Source: Podarcis pityusensis
Lineage: Eukaryota
Assembly: GCA_964106645.2 (NCBI GenBank)
Contig: OZ067043.1
Length of the DNA stretch: 64,000 nucleotides
Strand: one strand, 5' to 3'
Shown piece by piece: positions 1 to 13,887 of the stretch (positions within the stretch are counted from its first letter, which is position 1; each line of letters opens with the position of its first letter). The notes beneath the pieces were generated by a model. It ran no database searches. It was given only the letters and a program-made list of their open reading frames with translations, and had not been told where the DNA came from. Made by a program: the position numbers and the translations under genes.

Positions 1-799
1 TGCACTGCTAAAATGTAACAGTGGTTCTTAGTGTGCTTTGAGTTGTGCATCCATGAGAAAGCATCCACCCACAAGGACTACCTAACTAAGCAAGAAGAAC
101 TGGAATGGCAATAAATTGAGGAGAACTGGACTACCAAAGCTAATTCAATATTTCAGCACATAACCACAAAATGGAGGAAAATGGATGAGAACAAATAAAG
201 GTACCAGGTTGTGTATAAGTTTAACATCTTTCCTCTGTGAGGATATGCCAACTTCCAGAGCAATTGCACAATTTCTCCAGGGTACCATAATGTGGGATAT
301 CAGCCATGGGCACTACAGCTGCTTTGTGGCTTTCAGGGATTAGATGCATTGAAAAGCACACCAAAGAAAAGCAAAAACCAACATCTACGTAAATGTGCCA
401 AGCACTAGGTACCTATCATGTTTATCATGCTTAAGTAGGCACTCAGTCCTTAATAAGTAGTCTCTTCCTAGTAGTTTTGTCCTTAGATTCAAGCTTAGAT
501 CTTGGTATCATTTGTTTATATGCCTGTTGGTGTGTGTCACATTTGTACATGTATCTTTGCATATGTAGGGAAAGGTAGCCAACAAGCTGCACAAAGGACC
601 TTCCTTCTGTTTCTTCTTCCTTGTTCAAGCAGTACGAGAAAAGAAAAGGCAGGAACAAAAAAGAGTTTTGACTTCTTTCCCCTTTGCCCGAGGCTTTAAG
701 ATTTGTTTTCTGAAACCAGCCTGTTTGCCAGTTTTGCAGACATGCCAAGGCCTCACAAATTAAGCAGATGAAGGATGACAGAAAAGCATTGCTTTCAAG

Positions 800-1096
800 T
801 ATTCAGGACAGGGTCTTTTCAGTAGCAGCACCCCAGTTATAGAACAGCCATCCTGGACAGGTGCACCTGATGCCATCTTTATGGGGTTTTCGGTGCCAGC
901 TGAATATCTTTCCAGGTCTTTAAAATTTCATTGTTTTGGTCTCTCTGTTTTAAATTTGAGGTTTAAATTTGTTTTTAATAGTTTCAATTTTTGAAAATAA
1001 TTTAATTTGTTTTATGTTGTACTTGAATATTGCATTTTCTTTTCTTTATGAGCCACCTAGAAAATGCCTGTTATGGGGTGGCTACATAAATATAGT
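800..1096 (+). mobile_element. L2-type LINE 3'-end fragment ending in an (AAGC)n tail
   Basis: gacagggtcttttcagtagcagcacccc..tagaacagcc, a T-rich UTR, then the terminal stem gagccacct...ggggtggctacataaat. Confidence 0.55.
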
Positions 1097-1133
1097 AAGC
1101 AAGCAAGCAAGCAAGCAGGCAAGCAAGCAAGCA
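1097..1133 (+). repeat. (AAGC)n microsatellite with one interruption
   Basis: Read directly from the sequence. Confidence 0.9.
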
Positions 1134-2120
1134 AATAAATAATTTTTCTCCGAGTTTGTTCCCCAGAAGCTAGGGTACAGGCTGCTATGTAGTCAGGAAC
1201 AGTCACAGGCAACAATGGACAAAGCCATCATACTTTAGCCTGGCGTAGTCTCCCTTCGGAAGCAACACAACAGAAATGGAGGAAGAGGCATTTTCTTGCC
1301 CTGCTCCCTGGTAACTCTTCACTGAAGATTCCATGAACTTGGAACTTCTTCACTGAAAAGCACATGCACTACCACATACAGCTACCCTTCCCCAATGATG
1401 TTTATAGGTGACTTAGAATTTTCAGCACTTCTCTATGAATTGATCCAAATAAGTTCACTCACTTCCTACATGGTTGATGCCATAACCCCTTTTCACTCAC
1501 AGAAAATAACTTGCTAGTCTCAGACTTGTGTTTGCTTAATGGGCAGCAAGCTCTGCTTGGTCGTTATCAAGAGTTTGACGGCTACACAATGACTCTGGCT
1601 TCCCGTCTGAGGGAGTGATTGTATCAGGGCTTGCATGTGACACTGGCAGAATTATGTCATGTCTGGAAGACAGAATCTTATCAGGCCTCCAGCTGAAAGG
1701 CAGAGATGCCCAGCTGCAGGAACACAACACACACCCCTCTACTCTGGAGATAGTCCTTCTATCCTCTCTCTCACCCTCCCTCACTTTTGTATCTCTTCTG
1801 GAATTACTTCTTCTGCTTTCCAGATGTCACTGAACACATGAGCAAGGAATGGATCAGTGTATTCAGAAAGAGTGGACACTAACAGGCCAAGCTTTGAATT
1901 AGGACAAACATCAGGACCATCTTCTCATGATGAAAGCACACACGGGCACAGACACATTTTAAGGATGTACACTTTTGCTAAAATTGAATTCTTCAGGAAA
2001 AAAATACAAGCAAAGGGAGTTGGACTTGATTCCAAGAGCAAGCATCGGCACCTGCATATCCAGAGCCTGTGCCTCCAGTACACAGTAGGGGAGGTGTGCT
2101 CATTGTCTGGTTTAGAAATA

Positions 2121-2296
2121 TTGAAAGAAGCAGCTCCTTTATACAAGTGAGGCTATTGGTCCACCTTGCTCAGTATGGACTTCACTAGCTGGCAGTGGTT
2201 TCTGAAAGGCTCTCTCATCCCTACCTCAAAAGTACTGAATCTGAGACTTTCTCTATGCAAAGCATATGCTCTACTACTAAGCTATGACCCTTCCCC
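2121..2296 (-). mobile_element. tRNA-derived SINE (reverse), different family from Sauria SINE
   Basis: Reverse complement begins ggggaagggtcatagcttagtagtagagcatatgctttgcat...cagattcagt (A/B-box-like). Confidence 0.55.
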
Positions 2297-4038
2297 ATTG
2301 TTTCCCACACAATGCCTTTACAGTGATGGACTGGCAACTGCCTAGAGAGTTATACATTACGGTGAAAAGGAGAGCGACAGAGACAGACAAATCAAGATTA
2401 TGATTATAGCAGTAATCAAGACCTCAGTTAGGATCATGGGCCTACTGCAATATTACATATATGTTAATGTAACAGAGGAAACCGGCCCCTTCTTGTGCCA
2501 TTTTACAGATGGGAAGACAGAAACACCAACTGACAGCTAACAGCCCATAGGGAATCTGAACCAGACAGGAGACTGGGTGGCGCTTCTGTTAGCCCCTTTT
2601 CATGTGCAATATTGTTTTCTGTTACAAAGATTAAGTTGCCTCCTCATGTTCTTCTTCCCCAAGGTTGAAAGTTGAGTATTAGCAGCTCACACACAATCTT
2701 CCCTATCAGGAGACCATCTGCATCCCAATGCTCTGAAAAGCCAGCCTGAATCGTTGCTAGCTTGGCTAAGGCATCATCTATTTGCCACATGCAGTGAGAT
2801 ACCAGCCCCCGGGTTATCATTAACCTTATTTTCTATTTCTAGAATCTCTAACTCCCCTTCTGCTTTTCCTGTAGACAAGCCACGTGCATGCCAGCACAGA
2901 CCTATTTCTGCAGCCTTATAACGGAACAGATTGGTCACATGCTGTTGTCACCCACCCACACATCACTGCCTCCACCTCAGAGGGCTGAAACAGATTCTTC
3001 TAAGAGAAGGAATATAGTTCCCTGGCTTGTTTTACCACCCAGGCAGTTTGACACATTTTAAGCTAAATTATCAATTTGTCAATTGTGCCGAGTACCCACA
3101 GCTCTCTCACCAGAGCGAGCTACAACCACAGGGCCTAGTTAGAAAGCAATGGAGATGGAGGGACGTTAGATATTCCTCGCTACTAGTACTCCCTGCTTTC
3201 AGAAGGTTTGCATCCATTGGTCCCAGCTCCTTTCCCTGACAGTCTCACAGTCACATCACAATTACTGAAAGCAGCACAAAAAAAGGATGGGTGTGTGTGA
3301 AGGAGATAAGAATGACTCATTCAGCTACTTCCCCCTGCCCTTCAAGTCATATCCAAGGAAGGGAGCTGCCTACCTTGCCTGTGGCAAGTTCCCAAAGATA
3401 TGGGGAACTTACACATCTCACTACAGGTATCGGAGAAATAAGTCAAAAGGAGGGAAAGTAGAACGTGCAAATCACTCACACTTTGTTTTAGCCACCTCTT
3501 TCATCTGAATCCATCCTTAGGTACATAGAGTGTATTACAAAAGGCAGTGCATATTTCTTTGTGGATACTGCCTTTACCATAGTATCCAAGCACCATACGT
3601 TCTGTGTAATGCTAAATGGAGTGGGAAACTGAAACGTGAATCTGCATCCTGGTGTCATAAACTAATGAACAATCCTTCCTCTCCAATTCTAAAAAGAAGT
3701 AAGAACATGCAGAATATCTATTCTGAAGTGGCCTTGTTGTACCACTCCAGAACAGAATCTTTAGCAGAATGTTGACAGAGTAAATGCCTTAATTCATTAA
3801 CTTCTTCGTGATTCCCAGTGTCATGTCCATAACCAGGATGCAGCCGAGATACAGATCAAACATGGACACATGTAGTTGCTTAATAAGAGCTCCCTGCTCC
3901 CACTTATTTAAGAACCTCTTCCACCAAAAACATTTGGGACATGAAATTATTTAGCAGGTCCTCCAAATTGAGACCCAGTTCCATATTAAGAAGTGTGTTG
4001 GCACTAAAGCTGCATTAAAATCCCAGACTAAGCTTTAC

Positions 4039-4140
4039 CTTCCAGGTAGCTGTGTTTCTCCTGAAGTAGGCAAACATCCGTGTGAACCAATTGTAGATTT
4101 CATTCAATGTTAGCTGCCTGTCGGGTGTCTCAAGGATAGC
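4039..4140 (-). CDS. FOXP4: FOXP4 exon K (~exon 13), 102 nt, [34 protein letters not shown]; forkhead domain
   Basis: Acceptor ctttcaatgcag, donor AAG|gtaaa, phase 0-0. Confidence 0.97.
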
Positions 4141-4711
4141 CTGCATTGAAAGGTGAGAAAAAGTTACTCACAGACATCAGTCCCATAAGTTCTTACCACC
4201 AGTACTAGGCAAACCATTATGAGGACATATGAGAAGATGCTGCTCTGCTTTTCAACTACACATTTCAAAGATCTGAATTTAGGACATCCATGTTTCTCAC
4301 TTGAGGAATACAACATCAGGTAGAGACCAACATGCATGAAACAGCCACCACAGATCCAACACTAAAAATAGCTGTATAGCTGTACAAGGTTACTCCAAAA
4401 CAATGCATTTTTAGTGAAGACAGTTCATGAATTGAGACTCAAGTAACTGAGTGATAAGGCTTTGAGAGTGATATGTATGAATGTGTGAATCAGCCCAAAC
4501 ATAGCCTTTATTAAAGATACAGGAGAAGCAAGATATGTTGCAAAACAATTACCTACCCAAGATTATAGACCCCCCCCCCCAAAAGCCAGGAATGAAATAT
4601 ATTATGGACTGAATAGCTAGTCCTCAAATATAAAAGGAGGTGCAGAAGCATTACTCTCATAATTTGAATGCTCTACCTCTTAGGTTAAATGCACTGAAGC
4701 AAGCTTAGCAG

Positions 4712-4961
4712 CAGAGGAACAGAGAACCTCAGGCCTGGGGTGTGCATGTAAATGGTGCCCTTGTGACTCTCCCAAGCCAGACCCCTCCGCAGGCCACAGT
4801 TCTCACTAGCCTTGCTTCACATCCACCTTGAGTATTTTTGCCTGGTGGGAATGCGTCTTTGAACTCCGATAATGACTTTTGCTTGTCTAGAAGACATCTG
4901 AAGGCAGTCCTGTATCAGGAGCTTTTTAATGCATGATGTTTTTATTAAGTTTTTAGATATG

Positions 4962-5006
<45 letters not shown>

Positions 5007-5182
5007 CATCTGGCTGGAGATAGAGAAGTGTAGAAACTGGCCTGTTGTTCAAAGGTAAAATTCACATTCACTGCTTTGCCCACTGTTGCCTCAGGCCCTT
5101 CCAACCACTGGCCATCACAGACCTTGAAAGTTGCCCAGAAAGAAATTCAGCTCTCAAGCTGAAAATGGTTCCCCACCCCTGC
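4712..5182. mobile_element. Old hAT-like element interrupted by a LINE-tail/(ATT)n insertion (~4890-5006)
   Basis: Degenerate ends cagaggaacagagaacct / atggttccccacccctg, with an internal LINE-like 3' tail ending in (ATT)14. Confidence 0.45.
4963..5004 (+). repeat. (ATT)14 microsatellite
   Basis: Read directly from the sequence. Confidence 0.95.
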
Positions 5183-5580
5183 TGTGCATGCTCAAAGATC
5201 TACTTCAGTCAAGTCTACAGGTGCAGAGAAGCATAGTCATGGGTAATAACAGGCTCTAAGGCCTTAAAGAAACTTCTGAAACAGATTCTGGGACCTGATA
5301 TGCAAGATTCTATGAAAATTGTTTCTTTTTCTACTTAGGTGAATGACCAGCTGCATAAAGCTTGGTCATTTTTAGATATGACATATCTTTGCAGATCAGT
5401 ATTACTGCCTAAAGAATATGCTAAAATAGTCTTGAGATATTTCCATTTAGCAGGACATACCCTTATGCAAATGCAGTGACATCCTATTTCACATATAGTA
5501 CACCTGACTGATTAGAAGCTCTAGTAAGTACTAGCCCAGACAAACCATTGATTTCGACTACTCTACCCATCTTACAGTTA

Positions 5581-5748
5581 CCGTATTTTTCGCTCTATAA
5601 CATGCACCCGACCATAACACGCACGTAGTTTTAGAGGAGGAAAATCCGTAGGCATGCCACCCGTAGGCATTCCCTCCATAAAACGCACAGACATTTCCCC
5701 TTACTTTCTAGGAGGAAAAAAGTGAGTGTTATGGTGCAAAAAATACGG
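5581..5748. mobile_element. Tc1/mariner-superfamily (pogo/Tc2-like) MITE
   Basis: TIR ccgtattttt / aaaaatacgg with TA on both sides. Confidence 0.85.
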
Positions 5749-7672
5749 TAATTGGAAAGAAGTGCTCCAGGTTACAATGGATGGAAAGTAAAATCAGTGC
5801 TAAAGTATCGCTTTCAAAATGCATAAAAGTTGAATTAATTTAGTGAGTGAAGCACAGTAACCATTGCTGCAACCCAGGAATTGCAGCAGATCAAATCTGG
5901 GCAAATTAGCTAGAATGCACTCAAAACATTCCTTACTGAACTAGACCTGAACATTGGAATCCTGATCCCAGTTTTGTAGAGCAAGATCAACAATTTCTGC
6001 CTGAAACTGGTCCACTCCAGCCTCTCTTCATTCTTATCTGAACTGAAAGCAGATAACTGGTTGGGCCTGCTGTTTGCTAACTTCACTCAGAGAATAATTC
6101 AGGCACCATTTGCATCCACATGAGGGGAGGGTGTGCCATACCTGGTTACCATTAGTGAATAAAAAAGAGAGCATAATGGAGGTACATAGACTGCATGCAG
6201 AAGCGTGTGTGATGCTGTAGGAGGGAGGGAGGTGAGATGAGCATAAAGGCACTCATTCCCACACTTTGGCCTGGCAAATGGAGGTGACATTGTGTCTGAA
6301 AACACCAACTACTGCTTGCTCTTGGAAGAGTTTCCTAGATCTCAGCTACTCCAGGGAGGTTAACCTCAAAGAGCTGAATCAAAAGGAATGAATTCCAGGA
6401 GCCAGGGCTTTAAAAGACCAGTGCCAGCAAGCAGATCTTAGCATCTCTTCTAAAGTATATTTTTACATGGACAATGAAGGCATATTTTTAGCCAAAGGAG
6501 AATAAGAGTGTAGGTGAGATCCAGAGAACAATATCATAGCCTGCACGCTAACTTACAGAGCCTACTTCAATTAACTGGAAGGCGGGGAATGCCCACACAA
6601 TACAGCACCACTAGGGAGCAATAGAAGCCATCCTCCCCAGGGAATTTATTCTTTGTCAAAGATATGCTGTTGGCAGCTCTGGAAACAGAAGGTTGCAGTT
6701 CATCCAAGAAACTGACACAGTAAAGTCCCACCTGCTGTGCCTGAAAGCTAAGGCTGAAAAGAGATTTCAGTTGTTATGGACCACTAAGGCTGATCCTGAC
6801 AAACTCTACTGCTAATACTCTGACACAACAGGAAACATTAGTAGTTATGTTATACCCTGGAAGCCAGAAACACTGCAAAGCCCACCGTGAACATTGCTCC
6901 TACATGCATGAGGCAGGGTGCAAATAATTCAAATATCAAGTGTGGCAGCCAACAACCCATGAAATAGCATTGATACATGCAGATTCTATTTTTCTCCTCA
7001 CAAAGGCTAATATTCAGGAAATGGTATTGGTCAAAAAAACCCCCAACCATCTCATTTAAAATGGAGATTTGAGTTATTAACCACAAGGTGATTCTGTAGT
7101 AATGACTTCAAAAATACCTTGTTGGGCAAGTTTATAAAATCCCTGAAAACAGTGGGGTGGCAAAATCTTATTGTTTCAACTTGAAGCCATCACTGCCATT
7201 TCTGTTGCTGAAAACTCCCCATTCTCACACTCCATTTGTAGCTAATGTATCTTTCACCCAGGGGACCAGAAAAGCACCAAGTCAGAGACACTGTAATAGA
7301 ACTAAGCTGCTTTGAACTCTTGAGGAAATAATGATCATGTAAAGGACAAAGAGGCACTGAGGTCACAAGATACAGCAGTGATGGCTGTAGATATAGCCTA
7401 AAGTCTTAGTCTCTAGGCCTTTGACTTCTACACAAAACAAACTACAGAGAGAATTATGTGCCTATCCATTTACCTGCAGTGCTAGAATGTCTAGTGTTAA
7501 CTGTGAAAGGCATGGTTGGGTGAAAAAAAACACGATAGCTCAAGACCACAATGAATCCAGGTTTCTCAACTACCAGATTTACACCCCAGCCACTGACTCA
7601 AATTCCATTTCCAAAGGCAGCATAAGAAAGCGATTTCTAGAATGTACCATTAGCAACCTGAGCCACTTGTCA

Positions 7673-7861
<189 letters not shown>

Positions 7862-7954
7862 TTATGAAGAAAAGGAGCACACAATTCAGTCTAAGAAGCA
7901 CACAATTCAACCCAAACATAAAGTTGCAGCTGCAGTTTCCCCAGCTGCTCTCAC

Positions 7955-8156
7955 CTGAGGAGATTGGCGTGCAGAACTTGTCTGAGTTCCTCCTGCGAAT
8001 AGGCCCTACATTGTGTAAAGTGGATGAGCTGATGACAGAAGGGCCCTGCCGCAATGGAGTAATGGGTGCAGTAGCAGAGGTGGGGGGATGAGGTAATCCA
8101 TCAGGGAAGGTATCAGAAGTGCTCTTGGAGAGGGTGGCGCTGGAAACCAGGTTCAG
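7955..8156 (-). CDS. FOXP4: FOXP4 exon I (~exon 11), 202 nt, [27 protein letters not shown]...[17 protein letters not shown](E)
   Basis: Acceptor cctctttgagcag, donor CAG|gtgag, phase 0-1. Confidence 0.95.
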
Positions 8157-10573
8157 CTGCTCAAAGAGGACGACAAACTGTTATTAGAATCAACCCAGGA
8201 GACAGAGAGGTGCCTGGGTAAGCAACAGTTTTCTATATGGACATAGCACATGGCTGTTCAACTTCTATCAATGAAGATATAGAGGTTGGGTGGAAGGCAG
8301 AGGCACACCACTGAGGGTCTACTAATCAACTCAGCAGCAAAGATTGAAACAGGCATCTCAGATAAGAACTTGAGACTCATCAACTACAATGGAAGGGCTA
8401 GATGTGGATGAGAAATCAGATCATATTCTACAAACGTGAATGAAACCTAAAACTCTTTACTAGCTACATCAAAGCCAGTTGTTAGAAACCTGAAAGAACC
8501 AGATGACCATCTAGTACAATATAAAGTATTCCTCCCTTGCTCAGTTTTTTTTAATAAAAAAACTAATCCATAATTCTTGTCCGTAGCTGTTTTTTCAAAG
8601 CAAATGGGAAGCCAAACTTTAGGAGGAACGGTTTTCAGTTACAGTTAGCACACTCTACCACCTGTATTGCAGACGGGGGCTGAAATTACAAGATAGTGCC
8701 TTGCAAAAATCCAAACATGGTCCAAGTCTATGAATGTTTATTTAGAAGCAAGCAAGCATGCACAGGTGGGGACCGTTAGTGAGCTCATGGTTTAGGCAAG
8801 ATTTGAGCTAAGGGCTTCCTGGCTGAAACTGTGCACTCTGAGCTACTATGCTACACCACTTCCAATGAGATTGTCTAAACTGCAGCTTAACTTGGGGGGA
8901 AATTAATTATCTGCTCATTTCATGAAGGTGATCAGGTAGTTGTGGGTTTCATTTTAAAAACATTGTGGCATTGCCACAAGTGTCTCATTAGCAAATTGGA
9001 GCAATGCTGTCCCAGGATACAGCACAATTCCCAGTAGTTCATCAGTACCATTATCTATAGTCATATTCTAACACTGACAGATAAGCATTATCTTTTGAAG
9101 ATCAACAGCATCCATGTAAAATTTCATCTCTTGCCAAGAAAGAGGACTGCAATCATTTCATGAGTAAAAAAAAATCAGGTCAGCTTATATAACCATATAT
9201 TGAAGCACTGCAGATGTCAGTGAGCTCTTGGGGTTCGGAATGTAATACAGTGATATGCATGTACTTTCTCTCTCTTCCTTCCTCAAAACTGTAACCATGG
9301 CCACCTCCCTTCTCATGAACAGGAGGGACTTTCAGGAACCACAGAGGGGAAACACATATTTTTGTCATTGATGCAAGTTCTTCCAAGAGGGTCTCACATG
9401 CACAGATGGGAACTAGAATCTCAAGAGAGCAGAGGTGTCACCAGCTGCTTTTCCTGAGATAGATGTGTGTCTCAAACACCTTAGAATGGCCAATAAGACA
9501 GCACAGAAGGCAATAGGTCAGGAAGGAGCCAGTAACACACCCTGCAGGGTAGAGGACACTAGGGTATGTTTGTATCAGCTTTGATTTCAGAATTTGGTGT
9601 GCTGTTTCAGCACTTCCAAACAGCACTTTTCAGCCTATGTCTATGCAGTTTGCAGGACTGACACAAGTAGTGTGGTCTTTCTACACAGCTGGCTTTCTAA
9701 ACTGCGCAATGTGAATGCAAGGATGGCCTGGGCACAACCTGTCTTATCCCAATCCCCTTGCTTCACTCCTTGTGTACAATAGCAGCTTGGGCTATCTGGG
9801 CATGCTCTGTGAACTGCTGCCTCTGGGAGGTTGTCTCAGTCTGGCTTGATGTTGTGAGAACGAGTGATTCTACCTGCCTGCAAAAAGGGCCAGCACAGGT
9901 ACCTATGGTTGTTTGTATTTCTATAGCACCATCAGCATGCATGCATGTTGTGAACAGCGCTGAGATCTTCAGATGAAGGGTGGTATATAAATGTAATAAA
10001 TAATAAAATAATAACATGCATGACAATTCACAGAGTCCAAGAGGACAGGTTCCTCTCTCAAGGAGATTACTCAGCTTATACAGTTTGAGTTATGCCTCTG
10101 TGAAATGCAAGTGCAAAGTGTAAAAGAGGACTTGGAGAAACAGATAGAGGAAGGGTATTATTATAAAGAAGGGATAGCTACCTGGTGGTTCATGGGCAGT
10201 ATCTGGCAGGCATTATGATATTACATGACCCTCTATGGCTGTGACTGTGGAAAGTGAAGCTCAAGTACACAATGTTTGGGTTGTAGTAAAAGGGAGGATT
10301 CCGCAAGGGTGGAAAATTGGTAATCATCAGTTTAGGAGTTTCAATGGAGTGTGGGTATACCTTGGCTTCCTCACACCATCATGCCATCTACTAGGAGCCT
10401 AGTGGTTCAAAGGAACTCGTAGGAAATAGTTCCCGTTACTGTGAGCCAAGAAATGTCACAGCCAGGGTTGCTTCAGACCTGAGTGACTCTGGCAGGACAA
10501 TATGGGCCTGAGGCTTGAGGTGGCAATCCCTATTAGAAAAGAAAGTTAGAGCGTAAAGGTGAGGAACAAGCTA

Positions 10574-10693
<120 letters not shown>

Positions 10694-13600
10694 TCATTTG
10701 TTTTGAGGAAGCTTTTCCCCATTAGTGGTCAATTCACTTGGCCAACATATTTAGAAAGGTGGTCCAGTTAAGTGTTCCATCAATAATCATACCCTTGAAT
10801 GGTTCCCTCTACATCAGCAGGGATCACACACACCTCGTTTTGCTTGCTCCATTCAACATCAGTGTGAACATGCCATTCTCTTCTTTTGACTAATACTTCC
10901 TACATGCAGTAATGTGACAGCACTGGGCTGTTCCCTTTAGCTCTTGCTGTGCAGTGCTGCCTTCATAGAGCACTCCTGGAAGAGAAAAGCTGCCAGCTTC
11001 CCTAATTCCCTAGTAACACTGAATACTCCTGAGAGCCATGAATCTGGTTGGAGTATCACATTTCCAAGCCTCTAAAGAGCTGCCTTTTCCTATTGGATAT
11101 CAAGATCAGGATGTGTGGTGGTTTTTTGATACTCTGGTACATCCACTGTGCAGTAACATAGGAGTGCCAGTGACCTTGATGTAAAGGAATCAGATGTGGG
11201 TGAACAGAGGCAGAAAAAGCTGCTGAAAAATGGAACTTCACTTTATGAAACCCCCCCTCCATTTCATTCACTGCGTTTTCACCCAGTTCTCGTCCTTTTC
11301 ATCCACCATGGTATTAAATGGGATGGCTTCTCTCCCTATCCCAGGCATCAGGATCCTCCTGCCCCATGTGAAGCTGCTAGATCACTTCTACCATCTTTCC
11401 TTTTGGCACTCTATCATATTAGTCACCTCCTCTCAACATCCTTTGCTTCTACGCTTTTCCCTCACCTCATCACTTGCTCGTGTTTCTAATCTCTTCCCTC
11501 TCTACACTACTTCCTCTCATCCATCTATCACTCCCACCATGCCTTTTTCAACCCACCCACTCACCTGCCCATCCATCTCTCCAGATGTGCAACATTGCTT
11601 TAATTGCATGCTCCTGGGGTGTGTGTTTATTTCTCAGTGTGCGGAGAAGGGTGAAATATTCGCTGTGGCACAGGGAGAGAGTTTGAGTGCTGCAGAAGCA
11701 ATGGGATCTGACACCATCTCCCTTTGTGTCACCTTCCCTTTCTGAGTGCTCCCCTCAAACTTTGCCTCAGTTCCTCCTGACCTGATGGGCCCCTATACAG
11801 AATCTAGGACACACCCAGAGAGGGCATTTCTCTCCTCTCCCACCAGGTCTTGAAACCATCCCCAAAACTAAAAAAAAGAGAGGGGGCCAGTGAGGCAGGA
11901 GTTAAAGGAAGCAGCCAGAGTGGAGTTTGCTGGAAGTTTGAGAGACTCTGACGCAAGGACGCTCTGGCACTGTCGTGGCTCTCATTAGAGCTGACAGATC
12001 CACTCTCGTGATGTAGACACTCTTGCTGCCGACACAGCAGGAGCTCTGTAGTGAAAACTTTATAATTGGGAACTCTGGTGGCAGCTTCTTCTTTTCACGC
12101 ATGGAGCTTTCTGCTCTCTTCAAGGATTCTCTCCCCCACATTCCCTTCTTTAAGCGCTAGTAATTGCTTTCAACCTTTTGCTTTAGAGAGTGCTTGGGAA
12201 CAGGGTAGAATCACACGGTTTGACTCAGGCTGTGTAACAATCTTCACTCTGCTCTTTGAGTACTGCACTCCTTCCTTTTCTCTCCTCTTTTTGCATGTCT
12301 GCTGCATTCTCTTCGAGGCACCCCATCTGCAACTACTGACTTAGTTTAGCTTCCAACAGAGACTACTTGCGCTTTGTGTTATAGCTGCCTCGCTCCTTGG
12401 CACACTCCTTCCTCTGCCACTAATCCTGCTGCTGTGGAGATTAATGTTCCAGAGAATGCTGCTCCTTTCATCCCTGCACTGCTTCGCATATATACAATCT
12501 AGCAACATGGATAAAAAGAACCCCCTGCCCATTCCCTTCAGAGTCCATCAAGCAAGCATCAGTGCTGGCTGTTTCCCAAAACGAGCTGGAAGTATGGAAT
12601 GGGAAACCAAATGCCATTCCCAATTTATATTCCATCCTATGCAATAATCATTTATCACAGATTACATGCTGCTTTACCTGTTCCTGCACCCTATGCAAAC
12701 ATTTATAGGTATTGCTTATATGCAAAATCCATACTCTTCTAATTTACCAATGTTGCCTCCTCCTTGTGTTTACAATTTCTCTCAGCTCCAAACTAAATGT
12801 TACAGGAGGAATTTGGCTTCCACTCAGATCAGCAGCAGTGCATCACTTCCTCTCACCCCTGGTAGCATCCATTAATATAAAGCACGTGGTGTGATGCCAC
12901 CATGCTTCAAGTTTCCCAGCTCCTCCTCTTCATCAGTTGTAATTGGGGGGGGGGGGTGAGGAAACTCAAAGCACAGTGACATCACATCAGATGTTTTGTA
13001 TTACTGGATGTTCCCCAGCAGCAGCAGGTGATGCACGGCTTCTGCTTTTAGAATCAGCCACATAGCTCCTCTAAGTCCAGTCCTGGTCTCATAAAGTCAA
13101 GAACTCCTTTGGTGACATTCCTGCAAGTTGTTCAGCTCTGTAATCACAGAATAAAGTCCTAGGTTATGGAAGAAAGGCTGTTTACACCCTTGAGCATCCA
13201 ATTTTTACAATTCTTGCAAATTTCAGTAGGAACTGCTGGAGCCGTTTATGATTGACTCATATGTCTGAGGCCCTCTCCACCACTCTGATGGGTGGAAACA
13301 GATGCCTATCAGCATAACAGAAGACAGGAGTAATGAATACTATGGTCATTCATGACCTGCCTCTGATCCTAAGGTTGCCATGTCTAAGGCAACTTGAAGC
13401 TTGGGAGTGGAGCAGAGCCTGCATTCTTTCCTGGGCTTTTCATAGCAGCAGGGGACACTTGGGAGCCCCACAAGGGATTTTGCCAGGTAGATCTGACAGC
13501 CTGTATGTCAATCATGCGATGGTCATGTGCTTAACAGATGGGCAACCCTGCTTACCTGTCAAATTTGGCCCATGAGGCCAATCCTGATAAAGGACCTGGA

Positions 13601-13775
13601 TCCTTAGAGCCAAAAAGGTGAAGGAAGCCTTAAACCAATGTAAACAACTCCAAAATCCATCCCTTACATACACAAGATCCCAAATTAAACAGGTTACTGA
13701 CTTTGCTCTGTTCAAGGATTTTGGCTTGAATACAGATGGGACTGAATAAGGTTCACTGCATATATTTACACTCAC

Positions 13776-13863
13776 CTGTATTTCCAGCTGCTGTACCACT
13801 TGCATTTGAACTCGACACTGAGCTGTGCTCCGGTCATCAAGTGCATGTTCTGTATTGAGGTGT
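13776..13863 (-). CDS. FOXP4: FOXP4 exon G (~exon 9), 88 nt, [29 protein letters not shown]; end of zinc finger and start of leucine zipper
   Basis: Acceptor tctgtttttag, donor CAG|gtgag, phase 2-0. Confidence 0.97.
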
Positions 13864-13887
13864 CTAAAAACAGAAAACATTTTTTTA

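Noticed and set aside
3130-3180. Peptide TSLHLHCFLTR as a FOXP1 exon-18b-like alternative forkhead exon
   Set aside because: Similarity to NLSLHKCFVR is weak, the spacing is wrong, and the downstream G..WTVD motif is absent. No NAVRHNLSLHKCF-type exon was found in 1-4038, so the next true exon is taken to lie outside the window.
11230-11745. 171-aa plus-strand ORF
   Set aside because: Pyrimidine-rich, low-complexity intronic sequence with no recognisable domain. A chance ORF.
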